Positions 1 through 13,589 of a stretch of 64,000 nucleotides of DNA are shown piece after piece. The notes under the pieces are model-generated. The model searched no databases. It worked only from the letters and a program-made list of their open reading frames with translations, and had not been told where the DNA came from. The DNA comes from Cetorhinus maximus (Eukaryota), in assembly GCF_964194155.1 (NCBI RefSeq), contig NC_135886.1, forward strand, positions 23,870,001-23,934,000, given 5' to 3'. Made by a program: the position numbers and the translations under genes. Each line of letters opens with the position of its first letter. Position 1 is the first letter of the stretch.

Positions 1-1854
1 TTCAGCCCATTGTCTCTGTGCTGGCTCTTCGAAAGACCAGTTGAGTTTATTTCCACACCCCTGGTTTTTGTCCGTTACTCCCTCAGTTCCTCGACGTTAA
101 GTACCTGTCCAGCTCATGTTGATGTGTGGTTCCAGTTATGCTAGCTGTTCACTGGTATGTAACTGAAGTAAGAAATTCTTTGTGTATAGCCATCGATAGT
201 GATTGCCAGCATCGTATTCAATGGTGGGGGGAGGGGGGGGGGGGCGATCACCAAGGGACTTGACCCTTCCTGTCACCTGACATCGACACGCGCGTGTTTC
301 TGAGATAGCGATCAGGAATTAGAAACCTCGTTTACATTTCCCCCTTCCTGATTCAGGATCAGTGAGATCATTTGTTGTGTGCCTATCTCGATCAGTTGAG
401 ATTTGATATCATAGCATAAAATCAGGGATTTATTTGGTCTGTGTATTGAACCATGCATCCCACTGGGACCCTAAACAAAGAAAATTATATTACTGCTAAG
501 GATATAGGATCCCTAGTAGAAGTCTGACTTTCTGGGGGGCCAGGCACCTCAGAGTTGACTCATGGATCATTCTGAAGTCTTGTCTCTTCTGTCTTCGATG
601 GATCCACTTAGGATATGATGAAATGGGACAGGGAAAGTCATCATTCCGAGGAGTAAAGGAGACCTGATTGATTCCCTGAAGCTAACAATGGTGATTTCTT
701 TTAAAAAAGACTCCATAGATAAAGATAAGAGATCTTCTGGTGCAATGGGTAGCATTCCTGCCTCTGAGATTTCAGGTCAACCATGTGATGGAATGAAATT
801 GGATGGGACTTGGGAGGCAGGACAGCAGAGGCCACTCCTGCTTCTGTGAACCTCTCAAAATTAGGTTTAGCACTTGCCTTAGCCCCTTGTTCCTACAGAC
901 CAGGTCTCACTGAGTGGTCTGGCTGCCCACTCACTTGACACTTAAAATTCCATCGGGGTCCTAATGACATCATTAATGAGGCTGCTGCCTGCGTCAGGCA
1001 GGTATCTTGGCCGCCTATACAAAATGGGTCCACACTGGCAGCAGGTAGAGCGCAGGAATTGAGCAAAAATGGGGCAGTAAGTTTTTGGAAATTATTTTAA
1101 CTGTGTAGCCACAACAGGGTGGGTTTTAAATCACCCCCACTCTCATTGCGAAGGCAGAATTTTGGTGTTTTTATGCATAAAATGGTCAGCAATTTCTCTT
1201 CAAAATAAATCTAGTGAGCATACACTTCTAGGTAGGATACGGGAAAGAAGGCAATGGGCAGCTTTAGCCTATTATGATAATGAAGAGTTTCTCTTCATAG
1301 ACCTTATCTTTTTTGTTTCCCCTGGTGCCATTGTTTTGCGATAGTTGTGACACTAATGAATGATGGCTCCAGGAAAAGATACTCTGTCTGGCAATAGCTA
1401 TTAATCATTGTCAGAATAAGTAGTTATTGAGTGGTATAGTGCTTGAAACCAATGAGGAGATTGTGGATTTGAGGCTGGTGACTGCCTACTACTCACACAT
1501 GTTTACTACAATCTTGATGGATCTACTTGCTGAAGTAACATAGTCTTCAGTGTTGATGATAGAATACTGTACCCTCCTGTAATATTATGCTACCTGTGAT
1601 ACAAAGTGTGAGGGGGGAGGGAATAGAAATCCTTCCTTGGCTTCATTGAAATCAGAAATGTCACAATGATGTGATATTTGCCATACAGCAAAACAAGACA
1701 AACAGTTCAAAAATTGTTACGTAAGTAACAGCGGGAGAAATGCTAAATTGTATTTTCAGGAGATTTTCTTGTTCTGTTACACCAAGGACAGAGTTGTTTC
1801 TGCCGGGAGCACATAATGGGAGGTTTTACACACGCCCCCATTCCCCTAGCCTGT

Positions 1855-2576
1855 GGGAAGAATTTCCCCCCCGTTGGGGGGTAAGTGCAAGAGTGGGCGT
1901 GGGCGGGTGCGCCTCCGATTGGCGCCCCTGATTGGGGGCACGCCGCCATTTTACGTGGGCGGGCCAATTAAGGCCCGCATAGCGTGACATCCACCAGGAA
2001 GCGCTGTGCGCTCCCTGTGCGGTGGGGGGTGGGGGGGAGGGGGGGATTTCCCTGAGCCGAGAGTGCGTTCTTCCACGCAGGCGCATGAAAGAGAGCATTC
2101 ATCTCCCTGAGGCTAAGTGCTGCCTCAGGGAGATCGGCGCCAAACTTAGAAATGGTGAAGGGGCAAAAATAAATTTCCCTGACGTGTCCCCTCATGTGAC
2201 ACTATCACATGAGTTGGGACATGTCTATCACTTTAAAGCATACATTTATTAAAATTTAAAAAACCCTCACGAAACCCCATCCCGCCCATGGATGAGGTCT
2301 CATGCTTTTTCTGAAGCCCGCCAGGGCTCCCGGCCTGCCCGCCAACCTTAAGGTTGGACGGGCAGGTCCATTAATTATCTCAATTACTTTTTAAATGGCA
2401 TTAATAGACCGTTGACAGGTCGGGGGGCACACAGCTGTTTCGGCTGCGCCCCCGCCAACTTGAAAATTGAAATGACGCGGGGTGACGTCGGGAGTTACTC
2501 CCGACATCATCCCACGTCATTTTACGTGTCGGTGAGCGGGCCCTGCCCCCCACTCACCAACCTAAAGGTCCTGGCC
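1855..2576 (+). mobile_element. GC-rich non-autonomous PIF/Harbinger-like MITE (multi-hairpin family), copy 1
   Basis: Starts GGGAAGAATTT and ends AAAGGTCCTGGCC (imperfect TIR); colinear with 60668-61277 and, reverse-complemented, with 21404-22077. Confidence 0.8.
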
Positions 2577-4559
2577 TTTGATCTTCCATCCATTCGGACA
2601 AGAAATCATGAGTCAGGTATGCTTAATTTCTTGATGTGTCGATTCGGCGACAAGGAATGTTAACTTACTTCAGGGAAGGTTATTTTATTCTCCTCACTTT
2701 CTCTCAATTGCAGGCACTACCTTGCATTGGGTTTTGATTCCATGGCTACCTGCCTTCTAAGACATTGCCTACACAGTGATTCTTATGTCCAGCATGAATC
2801 CTGGCAGACGTTTTGGCCCCAGAGGCGTTACAGCCAAGCAAGATCCCGGCCTTGCCTAATGTGTGCATTGATTCACTTACACTGAACTATGGAAAGAGAC
2901 CATTCTGTCCAAACAGTTCTTGTCAGTGCTGAATGCACCACACAAGCAAATAGTTCTAGGCGCATTCACCCAACTTGTTTCTATACACTTCAACCCCTTT
3001 CCCTTCATCTACCTATCCAATATAATCTGGAATCCTGGATAAGGCCCCAATTTTAACTCTGGGGGGAGTGACTTCACCCAATCATGGGTCTCAGTAACCT
3101 GCTGCCAGTTCGCTTCCTGCTTGAACAGGAAGGGGTTGTTGTCATGTGGAAAACTGGGAAACGCACAGGTGCATGCTTACATGCAGGTAGGTGTGGGGAA
3201 GGGGTCTTGTGTGATAAAAGTGGGGAATGGGGGACATATTGCTCAGGGACATCCTAAACTTTTCTTGTAGGACTCAGAACATTCCTGTTCTTGGTGGCCT
3301 CACAAGGAAAGATTAAAAAATACCTGCCTTATCTTCTGACCCCAGATCATCCTCTTTACCTAATGGGAAAGCAGTGGTGGCCTCTTCTTTCTGGAGAACA
3401 ATAAAATGGCAATCAATGACATCATTGGTTCCCTATGTGCATACATCAAGAAGAACCATTGTTTCTGCTAAGCTACACACACAGGGGCTGTATAGCAGCG
3501 TGCAAGGCACCGCACAGGTCTTGTTCCACGTTAAATACTGTGTGGCCATGCAACAAAATTTAAAAGGTACCACACATTGATAAAACTGGCCGCGTACAGC
3601 AACAAAATTTTACATTGGTGAGGACCCCACCAGCTTTGGACAGGTGGCACAACCACCATTTCAGAAGCCTGTACCAAAATCATGGATAATGGGATCTTAT
3701 TTGGTGGAGAGAGAGTAAATGATATGAATGATTTTTAATGTCCAGCCACCCAGCTTCCAATGTGTAGATAGGGTTTAAATCACCTTCACGGTTCTGCTTT
3801 ATCCAACTTGCAGCTCACTGGATAGCACTCAGGATTGGATACTTTGAACTTTGCCCCAGGCCACTAAGGTTAACTAAGGCAATTGATTGCCTACTTTTGC
3901 TAAGGTCAGATGATTAGTTAACTCAGCACAGACCAGGCATCAAACCTAATATCTTCTGGCATGTATTGGTTAATTTTACACTAGACAGTGCCTTTCTGAA
4001 TTAGATTAATGAGAAAGCATGAAAGACTACTTTAAATAAAAATATGTCGACACTTTATTTTTTGATGTGAATGCATTTATGTTTCCTATGAATGCACAAG
4101 AATTTTTATGGAAAGAAAAGACAGCCCCAACACATTCATCTTTTTTGATGTTTATTAACCCTGCCAGCTCACATGCTCTTTATACCCTGCCATATCTTCC
4201 TCTCTGGAAAAACAGCAAGTTATTTGTTGAAGCCATTTACAATGCTTGGTTCAAGTGGCTTTCCTTGCTTATTTATCCCTCAACTTTATTAGTCAGAGTG
4301 GGGAAAAAAGTTCCACCTGACTTCCTTACTTACTCTTTATTTTGTAATTTTTAAACTCTTTTTGCTGGTATTTGAATGTGTCACTAAAGTGGATAGTTTG
4401 TCTAGATCTGCTTCCATACCAATTCCTTTCATTTGCTTGAAAACGACAAATAGATCACTTTAAAAATGTTCCGAGTGAACCAGCCCAACTTGGTGAACCA
4501 TTTCTAAAAATCTTAATTCCGGAAATCCAGAGCCAGCTATTGGCATTGTCCTGTCAATT

Positions 4560-5120
4560 TATTTTGTCCAAAAATACACTTTATTTGTAAAATTTGTAAA
4601 TGTACGTTCCAAAATATTTCAAATTGAATATTACAGGAAGTGCAGTAGAATTCAACTTTTCTCCATGCAGCATGTTCCACTTTGAGATGTCTCAATACAA
4701 TTGCAATACTCTTGATATTTACAATATACATTCCATGCCAGGAATACAGCCTGTGGGGTTCGACAGTTTCCAAACCCTCATCTACTATGGCTAAAAGGCC
4801 TTAGACAGTAACCCTTCCCCGTTGCGCCTCTGCACTGCCCCAAGCTTTAGTGTGCCTCTCAGCATGTAGTCCTGGACCTTGGAATGTGCCAGTCTGCAAC
4901 ACTCAGTCGTGCACAACTCTGCCCTGGAAGACGAGCAAGTTTCGGGCAGACCAAAGAACGTCTTTCACCAAGTTGATGGTCCTCCAGCTGCAGTTGTTGT
5001 TTATCTCGGTATATGCACCTGGGAACAGCCGCAAAGCACCAAGTCCTGTGTCACAGAGCTGCTCGGGATGAACCTCAACAAAAATCAATGCACTTCTCTC
5101 TAGACATTATTTGCAAAGGA
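4560..5120 (-). mobile_element. Tx1-like (L1 clade) LINE 3' fragment
   Basis: Homologous to parts of 27101-27760; translation includes LFPGAYTEINNNCSWRTINLVKDVLWSARNLLVFQ; AATAAA on the minus strand near 4580. Confidence 0.8.
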
Positions 5121-8100
5121 ACATTCCAGAAGGAGAAGGACGACGGTGTCTCTCAAGAAAATTGTAAAGATTTTGTTTTGTTATCATTGAATAAATTGGT
5201 GTGAAATATTTTAACTTCCCTTCTCCTCTACCTGTGTATCTGTCACAGTTACCATTATTGCCTCTTGTCATCATTCTGTTTCCTGTATCAGAGAGTAGGA
5301 TAGACAGGGCTATAGAATCCCCTGCAGTTGGAAATGATGTTCAATAATAGACTGATAGTCTGTGGAGTCCAACTTATCTGCTTCTCTGTCCCCACCCCCA
5401 CAATTCTCCACTTTTGAGGTGGATAATTCTGCCACAGTTAAGTGCTTTCGTTTTGTTGCTTGGCTAGAAACTATTCGCACTTAACTGAGAGCTCCAGGAG
5501 TTCAATGACTATTTCAGCTCGAATTCACACTTGACAGCCTAATCTTTCGGAATCCAATGCTCTGCTTCCAAATGTTGCTGTGAAGGTTTAATTTTTAAAA
5601 GGTTTTCAATCCAGCTACTGTACTGTGAAGAAATAGTAAGGTTGTTGAAATGTGACCTTGGGTTTAGTGCAGGTCATGCTTGCTGACAATAGTTGTTCAT
5701 CTGTGGGAACGCTGGTTTCCCCAAACAAAGACATTTTTTGCTATGAAATCTGTACATTTTCCACTGGCTGGCATGCTGACCTCGTTAAACATTGCTAGCT
5801 GCGACTGCCAAAACCATCAGGTTGGAAAATAATGCAAAGCCCTGGGAAAGTCTTGAGGAAAACCGTAGGAACCTTACAAGTGTAGTTGGTTGCTTTAACA
5901 AAGGATACTTCTTTTTCTGCAAGCATTTGTTCCAGTTAAGCTAACTGAAGGAGGCTCACGTAAGCAAATCAAAGATCTAATACATTAGACAAGTGATGGA
6001 CAGTTTATCAGCCAACCACTGTGGAACTGAAACATTTAATCACTATTGGAGATATATTATTCTCAATGTTTCCTGTATGTACAACACACTTTTATACTGT
6101 AGTGTATACCGTTAGTGTTGTTTTTCCTATGTGCGATATACAATAATGTTTACTATTAAGATTTTTAAAATCTAGTGATTGTTTTCAGTATTCATTTCCT
6201 TTTTTTGTTATTTTTATCATTTTCTCTTCCTTCCTGAAGATTTTGACTAGGGTATAGTGCCACATATGCCAATTGCACATTAATACCTTGCCCAAGTTAC
6301 ATAGCAGTCTTGATGGTGAGTGTTGGCAGGTTATCCACTGTTGGGGAATTCTGTCCTTAGCCAATGCCCACACTTCCAGCCAGGCTTGCTGGATGAAAAG
6401 GCCATTATCATTTTTCCCAGTGGGATCAGCGAACTCATCACTGACTGGGGATTGAACCTGGCTCAACTACTAAATGAGCTCAAAGGGAATAGGGAATGTC
6501 TGAATGTGTTTGCCTTCTTGACCTGTTTGTCATCACAATGATGAGACATAACACAAACTTCCATTGTGTTCTGTCACTTTCGCATGTTGGTAATACATTG
6601 TGATGAGAGTGATACTTGGCTCTCCCAAAACCAATTGATGACTATTCCTATCCTATTACGATGCTTGACATTCAGCCATTTATTATTTCAACCAGTGGGG
6701 AGATTGTGTGCATTTCAGAGATCTGACTCGAGCAGTGCAAAATGACAGTTTTACAAAACAGGATGCTGCAGGAACTGAGCTTATCAGCAACTTATCTCTG
6801 AAAAAAATGACACTCCCCCTTTAAACTTAGCTTTCTGAAATTTTGCTTGTGATGGATTGATGTTTGTGCAGGTTTTGCATCTCTGAAGTGTTCCAATTTG
6901 ACACCTCATTTAAATTATAATCCAAATTAATTAGAAAATAAATAATTGTTAAGCAGTCTGGCATCCCCAGATTAACTGCTGTTGCACATTAAAACATAAA
7001 CAGATGGAATAGCTTCAAGCCATCTTGTTTGCTTCTCGATGTGACATTTCACACAAAGTGAAACATTTGTGGTACATGAATCAGTCTTTTACCTTGGTCA
7101 AGTAGGTGACTTTTGGCATTTTGAGCTCTGGCAAATTCACCCAAAAGTTTGCATATTAAGAAGTCTTGAGGTGTTGTAAGTTGAAGGGACACATGCATTG
7201 GATGGACATGACTGCAAACTGCAGGTTACTGTGTGTGTCAGTAACTCACTGTAAATTGCACAGCTATTACTGTAAGTGTGAGTTTGACAAGGTGATCAGT
7301 TGTGCATTGCATCTTGAATTGTGTACTCTAACGAAGTAAGAGCATCCTGTAGGTGCAGCTGCAAGTTTGTTTGAAGTTTTGGCATGGGCAAACAGTAAAT
7401 GTGGGACAGGTGGATAAGCAGCATGGTAACCTGAAATTTTACGTGTCTTCCTGCTGCACAGAATGACTTTGCCAGATCCCTAGAAGTCCATCATTTTTCC
7501 CCAGATATGTTCCATGTGTCCTGAAGGTACTGGAGATGATGTTGAGCCAGGTTGGATTCTACTAGCAAACATCACGTTACAGGGCACAGCGATTCTCCAA
7601 GAAGGGGCCTGGGGTGCCAAACAGATTCAGATTACAGCATTGCCACCCACCCATCCATCAAATCAGTTTTGTTCGTCGACATTGGCTTTTCCTTTGTTTT
7701 CACATTGCCAATCACTTCTTCCATCCCCTCATACAGCCTTTAGAATGGCTACTAACAGTTTGTCATCATTTCTGAACCTTTAAAGATTTTTTGAATTCCC
7801 AGACGTAGCCACTTCATTCCAAGTTGTTGTGTTCCCTTTGATTTATAAATGTAGTTTTTTAAGGGTTGTAAGCTCCCCATCCTAGCCACACCCTGTCATG
7901 CTCCCTTAGCAATGCACCAGTGATGCAGGAAGCTATTAATTTAAACTAAAAGCATAAGCTGGACATGTGACATTCGGTGAGCCCAGCTCTGTCTGTCAGC
8001 ATGTGCTGTGACCAACATGTGGCTGGTGACATATGTCAATCCAATGCTGTCATTGCAAGGGACTCGATGCAACAATGTCTGATGTTTTGTTGAACTATGG

Positions 8101-8439
8101 ACAAGTGTGAAGCAGCTTTCTTTAGAAAAAAGTCTCTCTGCACTTCTACTTTCCCCTTCTTGTAAAGGTTATGATTTATGTTTAGTTCCACAGACATTAT
8201 TGTCCTGTGTTCTATCATCGAAAGGCCATTCTTATTGTGTGCAAGACTATAATTGTTGATGGTCTAACTGAGCATTGTAGGGTGGTATCCCATCTTTTTA
8301 TTGAGATATATATTTATTATAAGGTATACAATGTCTTCCAACAGTGCTACGTAAATGCAATTTAAAAAGTTTTTTTTTGTACTTACCTTCCCAACATAGG
8401 TTTTAAACCCAACCACCTTGCGCCAACTGTTGACCTGGG

Positions 8440-9816
8440 CTTACAAGCCCACCGACTCCCACAGGTACCTCAATTATGGCTCTTCACACCCCGCTTCCTG
8501 TAAAGACTCCATCCCATTCTCTCAGTTCCGTCGCCTCCATCGCATCTGTTCTGGTGATGCCACCTTCCAAAACAACACTTCTGACATGTCTTCCTTCTTC
8601 CTTAACCAAGGGTTCCCCCCTCACTGTCGTTGACAGGCCCCTCAACCGTGTCTGACCCATCTCCCTGGGTCCTCTACCCTCACCCCTTCCCCTCCCTCCC
8701 AGAACCATGATAGGGTCCCCCTTGTCCTCACCATTTTCCGCATTCAAAGGATAACTCTCCGCCATTTCCTTCAACTCCAGCATGATGCCGCCACCAAGCA
8801 TATCTTCCCCCCACCTTCCCAGTCAGCATTCTGTAGGGACTATCCTCTCTGTGACACCCTGGTCTACTCCTCCATTGCCCAGCACCTCATCACCTTCCTT
8901 TGACACCTTCCCATGCAATCGCAGAAGGTGCAACATCTGCCCTTTTACCTTCTTCCTTCTCACCGTCCAAGGGCCCAAACACTCCTTTCAGGTGAAGCAG
9001 TGCTTCACTTGCACCTCCTTCAATTTAGTCTACTGCATTCACTGTTCCCAATGCGGTCTCCTCTACATTGGGGAGACCAAACGCAGACTGGGTGACCGCT
9101 TTACAGAACACCTTTGCTCAGTCCGCAGGCACGACCCAGACCTTCCTGTTGCTTGCCATTTCAACACACCATCCTGCTCTCATGCCCACATGTCGATCCT
9201 TAGCCTTTGGCAATGTTCCAGTGAAGCCCAACGCAAACTGGAGGAACAGCACCTCCTCTTCCGATTAGGCACTTTACAGGCTTCCGGCCTTGACATTGAA
9301 TTTAACAACTCCAGACAATGAACTCTCTCTTGTATCGTTATCCCCTTTTTAATCATGTAAAAAAATGTTTATTATTTTTTATTCATTTTCATTTTTTTAT
9401 CCTTTTTCCCCCAACCACCTCTCCCCACCCCACCCAGCACCCCTGCGGGCCACCTGTCACTTGTTTCTATGTTGTTCTTTCACAGAGTGCTGACCATTGT
9501 TCTGCTATTAACACGGTCTGCTACCTTACCTTTATGCCACTATAAGCACCTTCTTTAGTCCTCACCACTCCCATTGACACCCCTTGTGTCTGTGACATCT
9601 TTGTCAATTTCTCCTTCGCCCTCACCTATCCCTGACCTTCTATTTTGCTCCACCTGCTCTACGCACCCCCCCCAACAGTATAAAATCCATTACATTTCTA
9701 TTTCTCTTTAGCTCTGAAGAAGAGTCATACGGACTTGAAATGTTAACTCTGTTTCTCACTCCACAGATGCTGCCAGACCCGCTGAGTTTTTCCAGCGTTT
9801 TCTGTTTTTATTTCAG
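8440..9816 (+). mobile_element. Penelope-like retroelement family A (Neptune-type), 5'-truncated: RT C-terminus, GIY-YIG endonuclease, 3'UTR/pLTR
   Basis: YKPTDSHRYLNYGSSHP..CKDSIPFSQFRRLHRICS (RT thumb); ORF 8782-9321 has the Cys linker CNRRRCNICP and NLVYCIHCSQCGLLYIGETKRRLGDRFTEH...PVACHFN; followed by a hammerhead-bearing terminal repeat. Confidence 0.9.
9710..9750 (+). ncRNA. Minimal type-I hammerhead ribozyme motif (family A), decayed
   Basis: agct-CTGAAGA-a-gagtc atacg gactt-GAAA-tGTT-aact; two CpG-type transitions relative to the copy at 26988. Confidence 0.7.
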
Positions 9817-10724
9817 CACAGACTAAGTTGGGACCATAATTCAGCTCGAAATTGGGCAACATACTGACCAACCTACCCTTGTAAATAGTTTCTTACTTTT
9901 TTGATGAAAGTATTGCTGGCTTGCAAGTAAGGAATTGTTGGCATTTACATCTTCTTAAACATGTTGTGCCTTGATCACTCAATCCCAGCAACTCATGCAA
10001 AATGTGTTACCTTTGAAAAGCTGAAACCATATAAATACCACAAACACATCAGGTGGGATCTGTCCCTGCAATAGACATGTAAAAGATACCATCGTTTGAA
10101 GAGGAGTTAGGGCCTAAGGCAAGCAAGATCTTCAAAGGGTTCAAAAAGATACAGTAAGTGAGAAGTGTGGTGTGGACTGGGAATCATTGAAGCACACCGG
10201 CAGAATGGTGACAGGTTTTAGTGAGACTCGCAATCTGAGGAAAATAACCTATCCTTGGGTTGTGGAGATAATAGACAGGTTCCCTTTTTGGGTTTGTCAT
10301 GTACAGGATTACTTTTCCAGGCACTGATCCAGAAGGCAGAAGGGAAAATTGCAAAGTGAAATTAAGTTACCTCCCTTTCATTTATGTTAAAAAGTGTCGT
10401 GTTTGGACAGTTATTGTCTTAAAATTGACTGTTCACTGTTCATTCCGGATGTATTTAAGGCATAAGCCACATTTAGTCCTTTAAAAACTGTTTGGGTGCC
10501 AGGCTTTGATGAAGCGCTTGTGTGCTGGCACTGGGCATTGAGTCTGGAACTGATAAATGTATTTATGTGTACATATTGCCCACATACAACAAGCACATTC
10601 ACCATTAAAGTATAATGCCATCAAGAAAACTAACTCTCATAGTCTGCTATGTATTTAGGATATTGGAATTGCAGCTACTTTTAAGGTGTTTCAAAGTGAT
10701 CCACAGATCAAGTAATTTGTTTTA

Positions 10725-10850
10725 TTCAAAAATGTGTAAGTGTGGTCACTGTTGTAATGCAGAAAACACAACAGCAATTTGCTAACTTCCATAAACAGCA
10801 ACGTGATAATGACCAGATAATCTACTTTTGTGATGTTGGCTGAGGAAAAA
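10725..10850 (-). mobile_element. Deu-domain SINE fragment
   Basis: aaacagcaacgtgataatgaccagataatct...tgatgttggctgagg matches 37880-37940. Confidence 0.6.
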
Positions 10851-11182
10851 ATGCGCTTGCGTTTTATTTTGGATTAAAATAATTCAGGTTCCATTTATGA
10901 CTTTACCAACATAATAGTGACTGCACTTCAAAAAGTGGTGCAATAAATGTGAAGTAGATGCTGAGACACTCTATAAATGCATATACTTGAGTTATTTAAT
11001 TATTATTTATTTTAAAATGAAACAAACTGAATGCTTCACTGAAAACAGTAATTTTTAAACTTTGCATTGAAGCTTGGAAAGAATCCCTTAATGAAATGTT
11101 TTAAAATTAACAGTTGCACCTTCAGTGCCACTCAGAATATGTTTCTCCAAATGAAATGTTAAAAAAAACAAGAATGTTAATA

Positions 11183-11424
11183 AAAACAAAAATACCTAGA
11201 AAACACAGCAGGTCTGGCAGCATCCACGGAGAGGAGCACAGTTAACGTTTCGAGTCCGAATGACCCTTCAACAGAACTAAGTAAAAATAGAGGAGAGGTG
11301 AAATATAAGCTGGTTTAAGGGGGGGTTGGGACAAGAAGAGCTGGATAGAGGGCCAGTGATAGGTGGAGATAACCAAAAGATGTCACAGACAAAAGGACAA
11401 AGAGGTGTTGAAGGTGGTGATATT
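11183..11424 (-). mobile_element. Penelope family A terminal-repeat insertion with 12-bp target site duplication
   Basis: AGAATGTTAATA at 11171-11182 and 11425-11436; body homologous to the reverse complement of about 9560-9816; contains a hammerhead-like motif at about 11240-11279. Confidence 0.85.
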
Positions 11425-13589
11425 AGAATGTTAATATCTCATTTCTCACCTAGGTGATTGAGATCTATAATTTCCTCCTTGTTCTACACATTCATTTTAG
11501 TCTTGGGTGCAGTATACATTCTGTAGCTGCTGACATGTGTCCTGTTTTGGAAACTTGAATTAAATACACACAGTAGGATGATTCCATTCTGCACCTTGCG
11601 AAATAGAGACATCGAGTCGCATTTTCGCAGAGTTGGGCCGACTCCGGAGACCTTTTTAAAAAATGGCAGATGGGATCCGGATGCAGAAGTCCTTTCCCCA
11701 CTTCCGACAAATTCCATTTTTGTTGGCGGGGCAAAGCGAATAGGTGTGAATCATACAGATGGGAAACCTAAATTTGACAGGGCATTTGTAATTAGTGCTG
11801 AGTTCAAACAGATCTCGTTTTTGCTGTTCTAAGGGCCTTAATCCGCAGGGCGGGAATTTATACAAATTTATAGAGTAGATGTAAATGCTCTTGAAGGGTG
11901 GCTAAGGTCTGTTAGGTGTCATGATTGAAATTATTTAAATCCTCAGCCCTATATGAATGGAAAAACCCAATAGGCTGAAGCTGTCAGTTTGAGTTTAAAA
12001 ACAACAGTTGTTGGACTTTTAATTGACAGGCTAGCTGGTGTAGATTATTGTTCCTGCAGTTTCAATAGAATTCATTGTTGACATTTCTTAAGGGCTAATA
12101 TTACAGCTGAGGTCATTATGAAAATTTGGCTGAGTTCCAAAATCTACAAAAGCAATTATCCCAGCAGAGGGGGCTGAGTTCGTATTTTGATCAACAGTTT
12201 AAAGAGGCTGTTAAAGGATTAGCTGTCTTAGATGTGGTTACTGAGTGGAAGTTTATTTTTATGGCAGATTAAACACTTGACAGGATTTAAAATCTCTGAA
12301 TGGGTTTTATGAATGAGAGTGTTCTTCTATATCAAGTGTGTATGAATGAGAGCTCTATTAGATTGTTAGAAGCTTACTTTTTTCATCTCCATATGCTCCT
12401 GAGCTCTGCCAATAGTGGATACTGGCTGTGTGACCGTGGAAGTGACATGGGGATATGAGGTGGCATAGTGGAGTCATGAGGAGTGGGTGGGGCAGGTGAG
12501 AGGGGGGTGAAGGCTGGAGGGCCGAATAGTTTCAAAAACAACTAGAACAAAGTTCCAGAAAACCGGGGCTGGGCTTTTAACCAGCCTGTCTCAGCTCTCT
12601 CCTGCCCCCGTGACCACCTACTATCTGCTTCTGAGGTCAGCGGACCTGACTCTATTTCGCCCCCCTCTCCCTGGAGCAAACGTTGGGTGTAAGGGGACCC
12701 TTTAACCTGAAGTTGGTCTGCCAAGTCGGGAAATTTCCCGATTGAGCTATCCACCTTGGTAGGGAAAATCTGGCCCAACATTTGTACTCTATGTAAATAC
12801 AGAGTTAGAAACTTAATATCTTGGGAGAAATGCCAATGCTTGTTTATTGATGGCTGAACGTTTGTTTGGGATAACATTTCTGTACTTCTAATTCACCTGA
12901 TTTGTTTTTGCTTGTCTTTTGTTTGGCTCATTCCTGATTTCCAAGCATAAAACACTATTTATAATATGAAAGGCCTTCCAACTCCACTTCAATGTTCAAC
13001 TTAAAGATTAAAAGATTGATATATAATTAATACTTTTATTTAAACTATAGTAATAGGACAGAGCAAATGTGGATATAGGAACAAGGATTAAACGCATTCT
13101 CCAGACACTGTCATTTTGTTTGAGGCCTGAGTGGTGAAACTATCTTTAATACCAGCCTGACTTCTGACAGTGTACCCTCCCTTTCAGCACCATTGTTAGC
13201 CATTGGATCATTATCTTAATTATCTACTTCCTTTACACAGTAATTGCTACCTTTGGCAGGAAGGTAGGCTATACACATTATCTAACAGGTATCATCTTGA
13301 TGAGTTAGTCCTGCATACTTAGGCTCTTATAAAGTGCTGACAGCATTGGCGTCTGGAGACCTGGGAAATAATGAAAATCGAGTCTGCAATTTTACATAGG
13401 GTTAAACTTGAATAAACAAAAGCCTTTTCTTATGACCTACTTGAAATAATTTGAGAAATAAAAGCTGTAGTACAGTATTTTTTATTTGAAATTTATCTAC
13501 CCATTTCTTAGCTGTAAACATCACAGATAAAAAAGCAATATCAGAAGAGTAGAGTTATGCATTCATTTGTTATTGCTTTCGGTCTATTT

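Noticed and set aside
226-245. G-run (and the CA repeat near 31750) as functional elements
   Set aside because: Ordinary simple repeats with no additional support.
11570-12776. Another Harbinger-like element ending GGAAAATCTGGCCC
   Set aside because: No matching left TIR could be located, so boundaries are unsupported.
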